Positions 39,837-53,200 of a DNA stretch of 64,000 nucleotides are shown here, piece after piece. Below the pieces are notes generated by a model. The model worked only from the letters and a program-made list of their open reading frames with translations. It had not been told where the DNA came from and did no database searches. Every line of letters starts with the position of its first letter. The first letter of the stretch is position 1. The DNA is from Hormiphora californensis (Eukaryota; Animalia; Ctenophora). Both the position numbers and the translations under genes were made by a program. Location: NCBI GenBank assembly GCA_020137815.1, contig CM035357.1:2976001-3040000 (forward strand), read 5' to 3'.

Positions 39837-40417
39837 GTGTAAGATCATTTAATCTCACATTTAGATGAGATTTGAACTGGGTTGTCCAGAGTAGTTGTTG
39901 TAGTGAAGTTGCATTTCTCAATTCTTGGAAAATTAAGTACAGTCGGACCCCGATTTACCGGAACCCCGATTTACCGGACAAAAAAAACTTTTCCCCCGGG
40001 CATCTCAGTAAGTCGGGATCCGACTGTATCGCCTATCGGTAAGTCTGGATCCGACTGTATCGCCTATCGGTAAGTCGGGATCCGACTGTATCGCCTATCG
40101 AATAATCAAGTACACTTCGCTATCTTAACTTCACCAAGTGTCAGATCAGTCTTCAAATGATAAGGGTTAAGACTCGAAATTTATTTAAAATTTTGTTATA
40201 CGTCAGATTTAATATATCTGACATATTATAAGGGTTCCATTTCATAACTCACACTTACGAAACCAGCAAAAATAGCAAAGTAATCAAAAAGATATTAAAA
40301 CCTTAAAATTAAAATTAAATGAAGTTACATCACCCCAATTCTTCAGCCTCACCCTAAAGTGTCAGATCAGTCTTCAAATGATAAGGGGGCTAAGAGTCCA
40401 ATATACTCCTCCATCAG

Positions 40418-43400
40418 CCAACTGTGATACTGCTAAATGTTTCTTTAATCCCAATATTATTCCCCGATCAGCCCCACTCTGGGACAGTCTTGTGAGCGAT
40501 GCAGGGCATTCCAACTAAAGGTGACTTGCACGGAGGAAGATGGGAAAATTCAGTCAATGTACAACGGGTACAAGTGTGCTGCACTATCTGGCAGTAACGT
40601 TCAACTCAACTGCGAACTTGGTAAGACTGTAATTAATTAATTAACTAATTAAACTAAATAGAACCCAAAATTGATCTACTATTATCGTAAGAAATCTAAT
40701 AATTTCTGTCCCTTTTCAAGACGATTCTACCGGTTTGAATGCAACATATGAATGGTATAAGTCCAACAAAGTGGGTGGCAGTACTTTCTCCGATTCAAGC
40801 GATGCCATGGAGGTATAAATTAACTAATTTTTACATAAAATGAATTAATTAATTAACTTAAATTAACTATTTATTAAAGTACTAAATGTAGCTCCTACCT
40901 AAATATCAAACGAAGTCTTATATTTTACCCATATACAGATGACCCTCTCCTTTCTTGTTCTAACACTCATCGCAACTCCCTTCCTCAGTTGACTGACTGT
41001 ACATCAAAGACCTGTAATCTGTACGATGTTAGTTGGGATGATGACGATAGTAATCTGAAATCCCACGACTCATTCTTCTACCAATGTGTGGTACTGGTGA
41101 AGGATGGAGATGACACCGTCGGAACATTTTACAGCAACGCATTCAAACTTGATGTCCAGAGTAAGTAATTTATCACAGCTACTGATTCACTTGATCTACC
41201 TACCACTCACATTAAATAAAATGCGCTGTGGAACTAAAATTCGATGAAAATTCCCATGTGTCTAGGCCAAGCTTTTGCGATCTGTTTCTAAATTAATCCA
41301 AATGACCAAATGAAGTCGATGATAATGAACCACCAGTCGATGATAATCATCTTGTTTCAGAGTACACTCCTCCAACTGCAGAGGACTCGGACAGTCACAG
41401 TGTTGACATTGGGACTACAGAGGTCAAAATGGAATGTCCCATTCCCGTTACTAACCCTCCTTCCTCTGCCGTGAGTTTCATAGTGGCCTAAAGGAAAACC
41501 CAAGCAACAATAGCCCTCACTTGGGTTTTGTGAAATTTCCCACGGTCATTGCTCCACCCCCTGATGAGATAGAGACTTGAAATTTTGTAGTGAGGTAGAA
41601 CTCGACATGATATATCCAACTACAAAATTTCAAGTCTCTATCTCATCAGGGGGTGGAGCAATGATCGTGGGAAATTTCACAAAACCCAAGTGAGGGCTAT
41701 TGTTGCTTGGGTTTTCCTTTAGTGTCTAGCGACACGATTCTCAGTGTGCTCAAATCGGGGTCAGCGCTGCCAGATAATGACTGATTTGCAAAGTACCCAC
41801 TAATCCTTCCAAAGTACAAACCTCCCCAACAACAATACATTCAGGTGTGGTACGTGTCAGACAATGCTGACGATGCGAGTCCGAAAGAGCTTTCAGAGCA
41901 GTCCAATATGATGGTTGTTGAAAACACCATAGTTTCCTCTGACAGTAAGTGAAACAAAGATAATCCTTGATTCGTTACTGTAAGGCCAATGCTCTGACCA
42001 GAGTTCTCATTGAAAGAAATGAGAATAGGGCCAATGCTCTGATGCTTGTGATTGTGGTCGACTGGATTATCTTGAGCTTGAACAAACTTATCGTTTATAT
42101 TTGATTTGATTTTTTTCATGGTGACAACCTAGATTTATTGCTATGTCACTTGCCTTAATTTTGGGCTCAATAACTATTTGCTTACGTGGGTAGTTATGGC
42201 TACAGGGCGCCTGTCAAATCTCGATTTAAAAATCAAATACTACAGGAATATTATGGTTTATTTTCTCTAAGAGTTTCAGAATCTGTTAGAGCATTTGCCT
42301 CACCCTATTGAACTGTAGTTAGAAAATTGGTCTGACAGCTCAGAATGGGGTTAGAAACTCAACCGATGTCCCTTTTTCAGGCAAGTACGGGTACTCCAAC
42401 GGAATGTTAATAGTGATGAACTTTGCTGCAACCAATGCAGGAACTTACTTCTGTTTTGTTAAGTACACAAATGATCTGGGGACAAGCTATGAAGTCAGTG
42501 TGGCCAATCATACCATTCTCAGTACAGGTACATAGCTTTGATTGGCAATTTGTAGCACTAAATCTAGTTACTGAAATTGGCAATTATCCAAATAATCTTG
42601 ATTTAACTAACTCTTCCCCAAAAATTGGTGGCTTCAAAAAATTAGTTCTTTCTCAATAAACGATTGAGCTGTCCCGTTGATGCATGGTAACAGCCTACGT
42701 AACAGGGGTTTGACGCAAAACGAATAAAACTAAGAGAATGTTCTCGCAATGCGACAATGTGACATGCTCCAATCATATTCTTCAATCGTTTATTGCACTA
42801 TAAATATATTTTAAATATCCTGAGAGTTTATGATCTGTCGCGAATTCTTGTTATGTTCTAACAATAATTTGTACTCGCGAAAAGGGGTCGAGCTAGGCAA
42901 GCGAATTCGTCTCTGCAAGGCCTAAACCTAGAAATTTCTAGTGAACATTTAAATTCTTTCAGGAACAACTCTCTCGGGAGCTAGCCAGGCCCTGAGGATT
43001 GTATCCCAAGTACAAGGGCCAGACTTCCTTTTCGGGGACACCGATCAAACCACACTGGATTGCAAGCCCTCAAACGTTGACGCCGGGACCACGGCTAGCG
43101 TTTACTGGCAGAAAACGGAGACCGAGAATGGAATTATTGTGTATAAGAACCTGACTGGTAGTGGATGGACCTACTCTGATAACAACCGAGTTTTGAAGTT
43201 CACCAAGACGAATAGTTTAGAGGGATCACAGTTCCGATGTCAGGTAACAAGAATTATTGCATTATGTATTCATAATGCGGTGTTTCCCTGCCACAAATGG
43301 GTGTAAAATTGATGACTAAGCTTCAAAACCGGATTTCCCGATGAATTTTTCACTCGGCTTATACGATGTTGGTTGCTATGGTATCCAGGGTTGTTGCTAT

Positions 43401-46400
43401 GGTAATCAACGCAGTTGCTATGGTGACCAAGACAGTTGCTATGATAACCAAGGCAGTTGCTTAGGAGACACTGATTGGTTACCAAGTGCTTTAACTTTAC
43501 CCTCGCTCATCTTAACTCCAGTCACTTGCAATTATTGTGTGATAGTAGTTTCATGATTGGAAGACTTGCTACCATCCCATGGTACGGCTGTAGGGTACCC
43601 AAAGTGATTTGATGTGAAAGTAGGAAGTGCCCTGCCCGGGTGAATGCCCGAAGGGCATTCACCCGGGATGATGTTTTTAGCATGCACGTGCTAAAAAGAT
43701 CATTCAGGGTTTAGAAATCAGCAGATTGTGTAGTTAACTAAATGTCCGTCCGTCCGTCCACCGTTACACATAGTAACAAAGTCTGCTCCTTCATAAAACT
43801 TTCAACTCACACTTTGATGATGCAACAAAGGAAATGATTAACATTCATTGTGGCGCGCAATTATTCACTCGTATCACTTCCTACTTTCACATCAAATCAC
43901 TTTGGGTACCCTACAGCCGTACCATGGGATGGTAGCAAGTCTTCCAATCATGAAACTACTATCACACAATAATTGCAAGTGACTGGAGTTAAGATGAGCG
44001 AGGGTAAAGTTAAAGCACTTGGTAACCAATCAGTGTCTCCTAAGCAACTGCCTTGGTTATCATAGCAACTGTCTTGGTCACCATAGCAACTGCGTTGATT
44101 ACCATAGCAACAACCCTGGATACCATAGCAACCAACATCGTATAAGCCGAGTGAAAAATTCATCGGGAAATCCGGTTTTGAAGCTTAGTCATCAATTTTA
44201 CACCCATTTGTGGCAGGGAAACACCGCATTATGAATACATAATGCAATAATTCTTGGATGGACCTACTCTGATAACAACCGAGTTTTGAAGTTCACCAAG
44301 ACGAATAGTTTAGAGGGATCACAGTTCCGATGTCAGGTAACAAGAATTATTGCATTATGTATTCATAATGCGGTGTTTCCCTGCCACAAATGGGTGTAAA
44401 ATTGATGACTAAGCTTCAAAACCGGATTTCCCGATGAATTTTTCACTCGGCTTATACGATGTTGGTTGCTATGGTATCCAGGGTTGTTGCTATGGTAATC
44501 AACGCAGTTGCTATGGTGACCAAGACAGTTGCTATGATAACCATGAGGCAGTTGCTTAGGAGACACTGATTGGTTACCAAGTGCTTTAACTTTACCCTCG
44601 CTCATCTTAACTCCAGTCACTTGCAATTATTGTGTGATAGTAGTTTCATGATTGGAAGACTTGCTACCATCCCATGGTACGGCTGTAGGGTACCCAAAGT
44701 GATTTGATGTGAAAGTAGGAAGTGATACGAGTGAATAATTGCGCGCCACAATGAATGTTAATCATTTCCTTTGTTGCATCATCAAAGTGTGAGTTGAAAG
44801 TTTTATGAAGGAGCAGACTTTGTTACTATGTGTAACGGTGGACGGACGGACGGACATTTAGTTAACTACACAATCTGCTGATTTCTAAACCCTGAATGAT
44901 CTTTTTAGCACGTGCATGCTAAAAACATCATCCCGGGTGAATGCCCTTCGGGCATTCACCCGGGCAGGGAAAAAATGCCAACAAAATCTCGGGATCTACA
45001 GCTGTACTGCACAATATCGTAACCATATAATATCCCGATTAAACCAACTCAAATAATATTCTCACTCTAGGTGATCCGTGGTGACACAGAAATCCTCCTG
45101 AACGGATTCCAACAGTCCCCCATCCTCCCCAAAACGGGGTATATTCCCCCTGGTATGGGATGCTCCGTTAATGGAACTTCCTACACAGCTGATATTGATA
45201 CTCTTATGTCTTCTGATCTCGAGGTCACCTCCACTCAGGTATTGATAGTTAAATAGTGATGTTTATCGCTCGAGTTGAAACGATCTTTGCAAGAATTTAA
45301 ATACTTCTTATTTTGGTACCATAATAGTGTGGGCGAGTACTCGAGTTTCTTTAACTATCTTTGCGATTGCGAATAAAACTTCGTATCTCGGTACCACCAT
45401 TAAATACCTTGTCATGACAAGGTATTTAATGGTGGTACCAAGACGGAGAGGCGCAAGAAAAGGACACGCCCAGACATTTTAATTTTGCAATGTCAAAATT
45501 AAAATGTCTGGGCGTGTCCTTTTCTTGCGCCTCTCCGTCTCGGGCTGTCTCCCCTTTCTCTCTTTAAATATGTCAAAGCATTGGCTTGAGCCCTGACCCT
45601 ATTCTCATTTCTTTCAATACACAGAGAGCAAAAGAACCGCGGTCAGGGAATTTGCCAGGCAGCTTTAAATTATTTTCTATTTTCAGTGGATGGTCGGTGC
45701 TTCTTACTCTTGGAAGAAGGACAATGTCGGAGTGAACAAGTTTACATCAGGATATGTGAGTAGATTCAAGATTATTTTCTAGCAGACAGAATCTTTTTTA
45801 GATCGACAAAGATGAAACTTGTCGATAAATTTGACCCCGATTAAGCGGACACCCCGATTTAACGGACAAAACCATTTCCCCCGAGGGTGTCGTTAAATCG
45901 GGGTGCGACTGTATTGATTTAACATAACAGTTACCTTCCCTAGACGGTATCTGGTTCATCGTTGGAATACGTCGCGAGTTCTGAATCTCAGTGTACATAC
46001 ATCCAGCTGTTCAAATACTACACCGATCTCTACTCTATTCAGCAGATATTCCCAATCACTAACTGTAAGTATTCAGCAGATATTCCCAATCACGAACTAT
46101 GAGTAGGGTAAACCGGGGCAAAATGGTTAACTTTTTACTTAATCGGTTCTCACTCCCATTTAAAAAAAGATACAATGAAAAAAATTATATAGGATTAAAG
46201 TTCATTATTTTATCTTTCAAATAAGATAAATTTCAACTCTAGGGACCATCATTTACTTAACTAAATAACTAATTTAAAAATTTTGGTCGGAAAAAATGGT
46301 ACCGGGGCAATTCGGATACCACCAATAGGAGTGCTTTATTTCGTCACGTGGGAGTCACGTGAACGTCCTCACAACACCAGAAGAAGATTCCCGCCTGGTG

Positions 46401-49400
46401 TTGTTAGAGGTGGGGGCAATTCGAACAATGTAATCTACACGCAATCTACACGCTGGTCGTTCTTGCTCGAATTGCCCCGGTATCACGCGTGATCACGTGG
46501 TACAAAGAACTGCACATCATTGGCCCGGGAGTTAACCAAATTGCCCCGGTGTGTTAACCAAATTGCCCATGTTCGAATTGCCCCGGTTGTTCGAATTGCC
46601 CCGGTAATCTTAATTTACCAGAATTTGGAATGAAAACATGCGAATATTTAAATAATTTTTATACCATCTGAAAGCTGATATTATTAGCTTTCAGCTGGTT
46701 TTTTCAAATCGGAAATTGACCAACTTAAACCGGATCTAGAGCCTATTTAGTGGTAACGGGCAGGCTCGAACGAGCAGTTTTCTTCTGGAGATAGGATGAC
46801 GTCATTATGATAGCTTAACTAGGTGAGAGACGGGCAGTACTATGTTCGAATTGCCCCGGTTGTTCGAATTGCCCCGGTTTACCCTATACAGTGACTTGTT
46901 GGCATACGCTACAGGCCACTCTAACTTGTGGGGTGCAGCCCATTCCAAGGCGACTTGTCGTGTTGAAAGAAGTTGAAATGAAAACCGATAGAGGTGGATA
47001 TTTACAGACTATAGTCCCGGTTTTAACAATCCCAATTGTTTCAGTGGATCAGACTTTCACGACGGAGCCCACAGTGGAGCTGTCTAAGAGTGGTGGTAAC
47101 ACCGTCACTCTGACGTGTAAAGCCTCCATTAGCGAAATTCCAGAAGCTCTTCAGAATAAGGTATATATATATTCCGACTGTAAATCGGGGTCCGCCTGTA
47201 GTTATTACTAGTTGTCTAGTTCAACCACTACATGGTGTAGTGACTTGAAGAACCCCGGTAAAACTCAGAAGTATCCGAATTTTTAAGGACATTTACATTG
47301 TATTTTAGGTTGGATTGAATGCTTTGTTTGATGTTGGTGGTTGTCCCGAGTATGCGGAGGCCCTTGTCAGCGCCTCTGAAGCTGATGGCTCCTGTGAGAC
47401 TGAGGTTGAGAGATGGATCAAAATTGACACCAAATCTCTCTGTCAGTAAGTCTTCGCGATGTCCTACAGTATTGTTTGAGAATTTCATTCAATCATTTAA
47501 TGGTCTAGACTACAGAATTTAGAAAACATTTGAAACACATACTGTATTACAGAATTTACTAATATTATCCAACTCCTCTCAGGGAGTGTATTATCAAATG
47601 TGCCGCTGCCACCAACTGTAAAACCAGCAGTGAAGCTACCGAGAGTATTGAAGCCGCTGGTGATAAGTGTAGTTCTCAAACAGGTCAGTAACTTAACAAT
47701 TTGATTTCTCTTTGATTTGCAGATTCACTGGCAGCTTTGGAATTTCAAGTTTTGCCATAGTCAGTATGTGTGTACCGACTACCGCTATTTATATTCAAGG
47801 CCAATTTCGGCCGACCCACCTATAGCTATTTCAAATGTTATCTCCTAATTCTCGTTTCAGGAGAAACCTCGGACTCGGATGGTCTCCCAGATTGGGCTGT
47901 TGGACTCTTAGTCGTGGCCGTGATTCTGGTTCTACTTGGAGCTGCCGCCGTGTTCTTCCACTACACCATGGAGAAAAATGAAAAGGTGAGTGAAGGAAGT
48001 TCACCGGAGGTTTAGGTCTGTTTAATACAGTATTGGGCAAAAGAATGCCCCCATCCCTAGACTGAGTTGTTGAGTAAGGGGGACCACATACAGCACCGGT
48101 GCGAACTCCAGAACGTCGCACCACATACTGTCGGTGGAAACTTCAGTACAGTGAGTGTATGTGGTGCCTCTTACTGAACAATCAATAAAAAACCTTCAAA
48201 ACAAGCTAAAAACACGTAATTTTTTGTGAAATATCTTCCTCTCACTAATACCGAACTCTCTCTACCTCCTTTTCTCTCTCTTGTTATGTTTATCTCCACT
48301 TATCTCTCTCTTATCGTTCCCGATTGCAGCACATATTTTCTCGATATGTCGGATAATCTCGCCCTTGTTCTAGGTGTGGCCCTTTCTGTCGTAGTGAGAG
48401 TGCGTGCGCCTCTTATTGGTTGCTGTGGTGTGGGTGTGTGTGTGTATTGTGAGATGCAGGTCTGTCATTGGCTAGTGCGCGCACGTGACCCCCACGTGAC
48501 CTTTCAGTTCAGTACGAAGAGCACATACAGCACCGTACTGATCTTTTCTGAGCTAAGCTCACGTGAGATTGTGTACTGATAGTCCCACCGATATTTATCA
48601 GTAAGAGGCACCACATACGGCAGTGCGTACTGGAGTTTGCACCGAAAGTGTTGTATGTGCTAGTGAGAACTGAAGTTAGAGGCACCACATACGGCGGTGC
48701 GAATTTCAGTACAGTGCTGTATGTGGTCCCCCTAAGACTGAGCTGGCACGGTTCTCGATTTCATAGTAAATTTGGCACAGTAACTCTTATAGCATTATAA
48801 TGAAGCTCATTAGGTCCATTCATTGCGGGAGAATAGAGACATTTGACTCCAACGACAACTTGATATGTTTCTAAATCGGGAGAACGGGGGAATTCATTAA
48901 ATTTAATTGTTACTGACAAAGTACAAAACCGTATTTGGCATCTTCCTGATCTTTCTTGTTGAGTCCCACCCCTCAACAAGATCTTTCAATATCTCATATT
49001 TGTCAGGCTGGCGGTAACTCAGTATCGGGAGCGAAAGTCGTTAAAGTCGATGCTGAAGCTAAAACTGAGTAAGTATTTAACAAGAGAATGTTCTCTTCAC
49101 CATTCTATTTTGATCGACAACCATTATCTCTTGTCTCTCTTCCATTTAGCAGTAAAGATGGCGCTTCATCGCCTGTCATAAAAATCTCCAAGTTCACTTC
49201 GGGGTTCGGAAGCTTTTTCAATGCCCAATCTACCGACGAAGAACAAAAAACAAAAGCATAAAATAAGGTAAGATCAAGCTTTTCAATGCCATAAAATGTA
49301 AAAGAGATGATGGTTGTCAGTCTTGTAGCATATGTTTTGAAGCACAAAAAGCTACATATTTGAAGCACATTCCTAAAAGAAGGACATCGATCTAACGGGT

Positions 49401-49502
49401 TACTTTTCTAGGATGAGCCTGAGCGAGAAGTTAGGAGCGGAAAGGGGGACAGTCATTAAGACGATAGATCTCAGTGGTGATTCACCAAGCCCAGTCCCTT
49501 GA
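40418..49502 (+). CDS. Immunoglobulin-superfamily type I membrane protein (about 4-5 Ig-like domains, cell-adhesion-like); start not resolved
   Basis: About 16 phase-consistent exons with Ig C...W...YxC motifs (VQLNCEL..YEWYK..FYQCVV; MECPIPVTNPPSSAVWY..AGTYFC; TLDCKP..VYWQK..FRCQV; VTLTCKA). TM exon 47861-47985 (WAVGLLVVAVILVLLGAAAVFF); cytoplasmic exons 49007-49068 and 49412-49502. Confidence 0.8.
41488..41722. mobile_element. Palindromic MITE-like element (~105-bp arms)
   Basis: CTAAAGGAAAACCCAAGCAAC...GTTGCTTGGGTTTTCCTTTAG. Confidence 0.75.
44339..44975 (-). mobile_element. Helentron-associated non-autonomous element (HINE/DINE-1-like); partial and inverted copies at 43246-43629 and 43630-44255
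   Basis: On the minus strand: T-run plus TTTCCCTGCC 5' sub-TIR, hairpin, (GTCC)n microsatellite, GGCAGGGAAA 3' sub-TIR, stem-loop GCATTATG-AATA-CATAATGC, ending in TTCTTGTT; no TSD. Confidence 0.7.
45390..45540. repeat. Two abutting palindromes (50 bp and 100 bp)
   Basis: 45390-45439 is perfect; 45441-45540 has 47-bp arms and a 6-nt centre. Confidence 0.9.
46106..46884. mobile_element. 779-bp TA-TSD MITE, second copy
   Basis: Near-identical to 9459-10237; TA flanks. Confidence 0.92.
48078..48732. mobile_element. PIF/Harbinger-type MITE, TAA TSD
   Basis: TIR GGGGGACCACATACAGCAC / GTGCTGTATGTGGTCCCCC; TAA at 48075-77 and 48733-35. Confidence 0.85.
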
Positions 49503-50254
49503 AACTAAGAAGACATCCATGGGATGATGTGATATTAACGACTGCACAGTTTTAGTGAACTCGGGACTTTTCACCCGTCAATGTGAATCGATCGACAGTT
49601 GTTTAGAACTTTGTTTTGTTCAAACCCATTTTATGTCATAGAGAGGGTCGAACAAGGCAGTGCATACCGCGGTGTTTTGTAATTTGTAGTGTGTTTGTAA
49701 CAATTGGATCCAATTTTTTATTAACTTTCGAACCTTTGATGCAAAATAAAATAAACGTTTTTTAAAAGCGAAAAGTTTTATAAACAGCCAACATACAAAC
49801 ATATTGACGATACATATAGCTGGTGTAATACAAATGTTTTGCAACACAATTTAATTTTCTACTAAACAAGTCAAATCTACATTTTCTATAGTACATTTCA
49901 TTACATATTTGAATAACTCTACGTATACATAGTATTGATAATCACAAAACTGCTATAATAACTGTAAAAAACTAAAGCTATTATAATAATTCTAACGTAT
50001 TTAACATATCTTAAGTGGGGGTAAAAAACCATGCATATCAGTCCAGTGACCTGATCACTTTTAAATAATGTCCAACTGTGGCAAAACCTCGCTCAATCTA
50101 GTCAATATATAGTACAGATAAGACAAGATATAGGTGCAAAAGAACAAGATCAGTATGAAGCAAGATATCGGAGGAAAGAGAGAGAGAACAGCTCCGATGT
50201 TTATGAAACTGAAAACTACCTCTGCACCTATACATTATAAGTCTCATCATATCC

Positions 50255-53200
50255 TCAAGTGGTGGGCCTGTCCCAGCTGGTAGATTGGGTGAGGTGGTTC
50301 ACATAGTACTTGGCACCATCCTCAGTAAACGCCTCCTCCCAGCCTTGGGGCAGGTGTGATAGGTGTAGAACCTCCTGAGCTTCTTTTACCTGTATAATGT
50401 AAATATCTCAGTGATGGATGGGTCGATTTTGAGCGGCAAAAAGGCAAAATGCTCATAGAACTAATCTCTACGACCTCCAACAAACTTTTCCAATTCTGAT
50501 TCTGTCCACTCTCACTTTAAATTTGTAAAAGCTTCAGGGCTTGGGGAGTGAAAGAAAATAATTGAGTTGTGCCAACAAGGGTTTAGTTATTGTTTTTTTC
50601 GAGGAAAGAGGTTCGAATTTAGTTAAACAACATCACTAGTTTTTTAATGGGTCGCATGAAATTGAAAAAAAAAAGATTTTTGTTGTCATCTCTTCATTTA
50701 TTTATTTTGAACAGGGGAGCTCTCGGGAGATGGAAAGAAGTTTTAAGGAAATATGACAACTTTATATTTTACCGTTTAAAGGATTTAAATGGGTTTTACC
50801 ATAATACGAACAGAAGTCTGCAGACCACCCACCAAGCACCAATAAAAATGAAATTTGAAACATGTATGACCCGACAAAATTGTTGCATTATTTTTTTTAG
50901 GAAATGAATCCATCTAAATCTCTCCCTAAACCCTGTATATCAAACTCACAGTTTTAGTTGCCCCATGAATGACTGTAGCAAGGCTCTGTCTCGTCCTGCT
51001 TCTATCCATTGGAGTTCCTCGCTCCAGCGATCGTGATCGGCTAACTTCAGCTTTAAAAGAACTCTGGACGTTCTGAGCGAAGGAAACTAGTCTCTCAACA
51101 ACAGCCTTGTACTGCAAAATCCTAGCGGGAATTAGATTAGAGATTTCAGCAAACACTTTGATTTTCACACAAATGCATGCTCTGCGAAAATCTCATTATA
51201 AGCCCCCCGAAGCCCTGGCCCTTGGGGGAGTATGTACTCACATTCCTTCGGATTTCCTGAGTTCAGCTGCCAGAATGGCACACTCCCTTATCAGTTCGGG
51301 TGTGTCGGCATTACTGTAATCCTTGTCATATTGGGGTAGCGACCACCCTGAGTATCCGCTAACTGGGCTACCCGGACCACCACTAGCAGCACTTGCCCGA
51401 CCACTGGTTATGGGCCCTACTTGGGATCTGAAGGGGGAATGGGGGTTAGGAATAACGGCGGGGGGGGGGGGATTGATCGTGATGGAAACACAATGAGAAT
51501 TGGGAACTATTCGAGAACATAAAATAAGAATAATATGATTTTGACGGCTGTGATCTCGAGAACTGTATAACTGCAGTACTTTATGCAACTGCATAACAAC
51601 AGGTCATTATACGAATATTTGATAGGTCAGGTCTGCAGAACTTAAGTGCTCCCTCAGCCCCCATATTAGGAGTCATTAACAAGAGAAAAACTGTTTTATT
51701 TGAACTGTATTAAGTCGACTTAATACAGTTCAAATAAAACAGTTTTTCTCTTGTTAATGACTCCTAATATGGGGGCTGAGGGAGCACTTAAGTTAAATAT
51801 GACCCCTAAAGATCTCGATCGAGATCTTTAGGGGTCATATTTTTGGAAGACTTCCAAAATCATAATATAGCGAGAGAGGAGGCCACCCACCATGCCCAGT
51901 AGGTTGGGGGTCAAATAAAATTGACAAGGCCCCTTGTAGTGGAGAAAGTGTTCCAACACGATACACAGACGTAAAGTGTGCGTCTGCGTACCGTCAGGAT
52001 GTCCTGGTCGGATTAATGGACAAATCAGCGTACATGGGGGGGGGGGTGTTACAGTCATGTAGTATGACAATAAACTGTCAGTGGGGATGGTATACCTGTT
52101 ATGGGTGACATGTCCAAGTAGAGACGAGGCGGGGTTCCCCAAGGAGCTAGCTGATCTCAGTTCCTCCTTATGCAGAGTCAAATCAGGAACTGAATTGCTC
52201 ATATCGGATTTTGTTCGTCCCCGCTTTGAGTGGTCTGTTAAAGGGAACATAATCTAAACACACGTTGCCTCACTTAACAACACACATCCAATAATTCTTA
52301 AGAACAGACTTTGTTTTCGGAGCTGTGTGAATAAAAAACAGCAAATCTAAGAACTAACCAATGGTAAGAGTATTGAGGCTTTTGTTTAGCTCTGCTCGTG
52401 ATCGAGAGATATCACTCATACTATCAGTCTTCAGGACTCTGCTGTTATCCTTAAGTTTGTACGCAAAAACCTGGAGGGATTAAATTTGGAATGATGTAAT
52501 CCTGTCGTAAGTTAACTGTTAGAAAGTTAGAGCATAAATGTTTTTTCAGAACATCTAAACCACCCGCAGTTAGGAGTCGTGGGATTACAGTTGTGGGGGA
52601 CAAACGATGTTGGTTACCCCTTTCTCGCTAGCATACTATGATCATGAGTCATAATACAAGCCCCCAGAATTATAGGGAAATCCAAGTTACCGAAAGTACG
52701 TTACATATTTTGTAAAACAATTACAAACATGCCCTCCCCGTATTCTTGCCTCAAAAGTTTTAAGGCAAGGATGCGGGGAACAGATGTATTGTGTTATTGT
52801 TTCACAAAATGTGTCAAAACCCGGGTACACGTACCTCTCTAGCAGCCTCTACAAAATCACTATATTTCACTTTGTTTCCCGGACCTATCGTCATCTTGCC
52901 CTTGAGTGTCTCCAACTGCTCAGGTGTTGGGTTGTACCCTAGGTACTGGAGGGCCACTACAAGCTTATCCATGTTAACTTGTTGGCCAGGAGCCAGGGAT
53001 CCCGCTCTGAGTGGGGTGCTTCCTGAGGGAAAGAGTTGGATAGTAACTGGGATTAGGATAAATGATAATCTGAAAGTATAATACGATATTTAGTTGAGTT
53101 GTTTTCGTTTCATATATCGTTATTATATAATATGAGAGAGTATAGAGGAGCGAAACTAAAACTCTAGTGAACTTCGTGACGTGTGATCATATATAAACGA

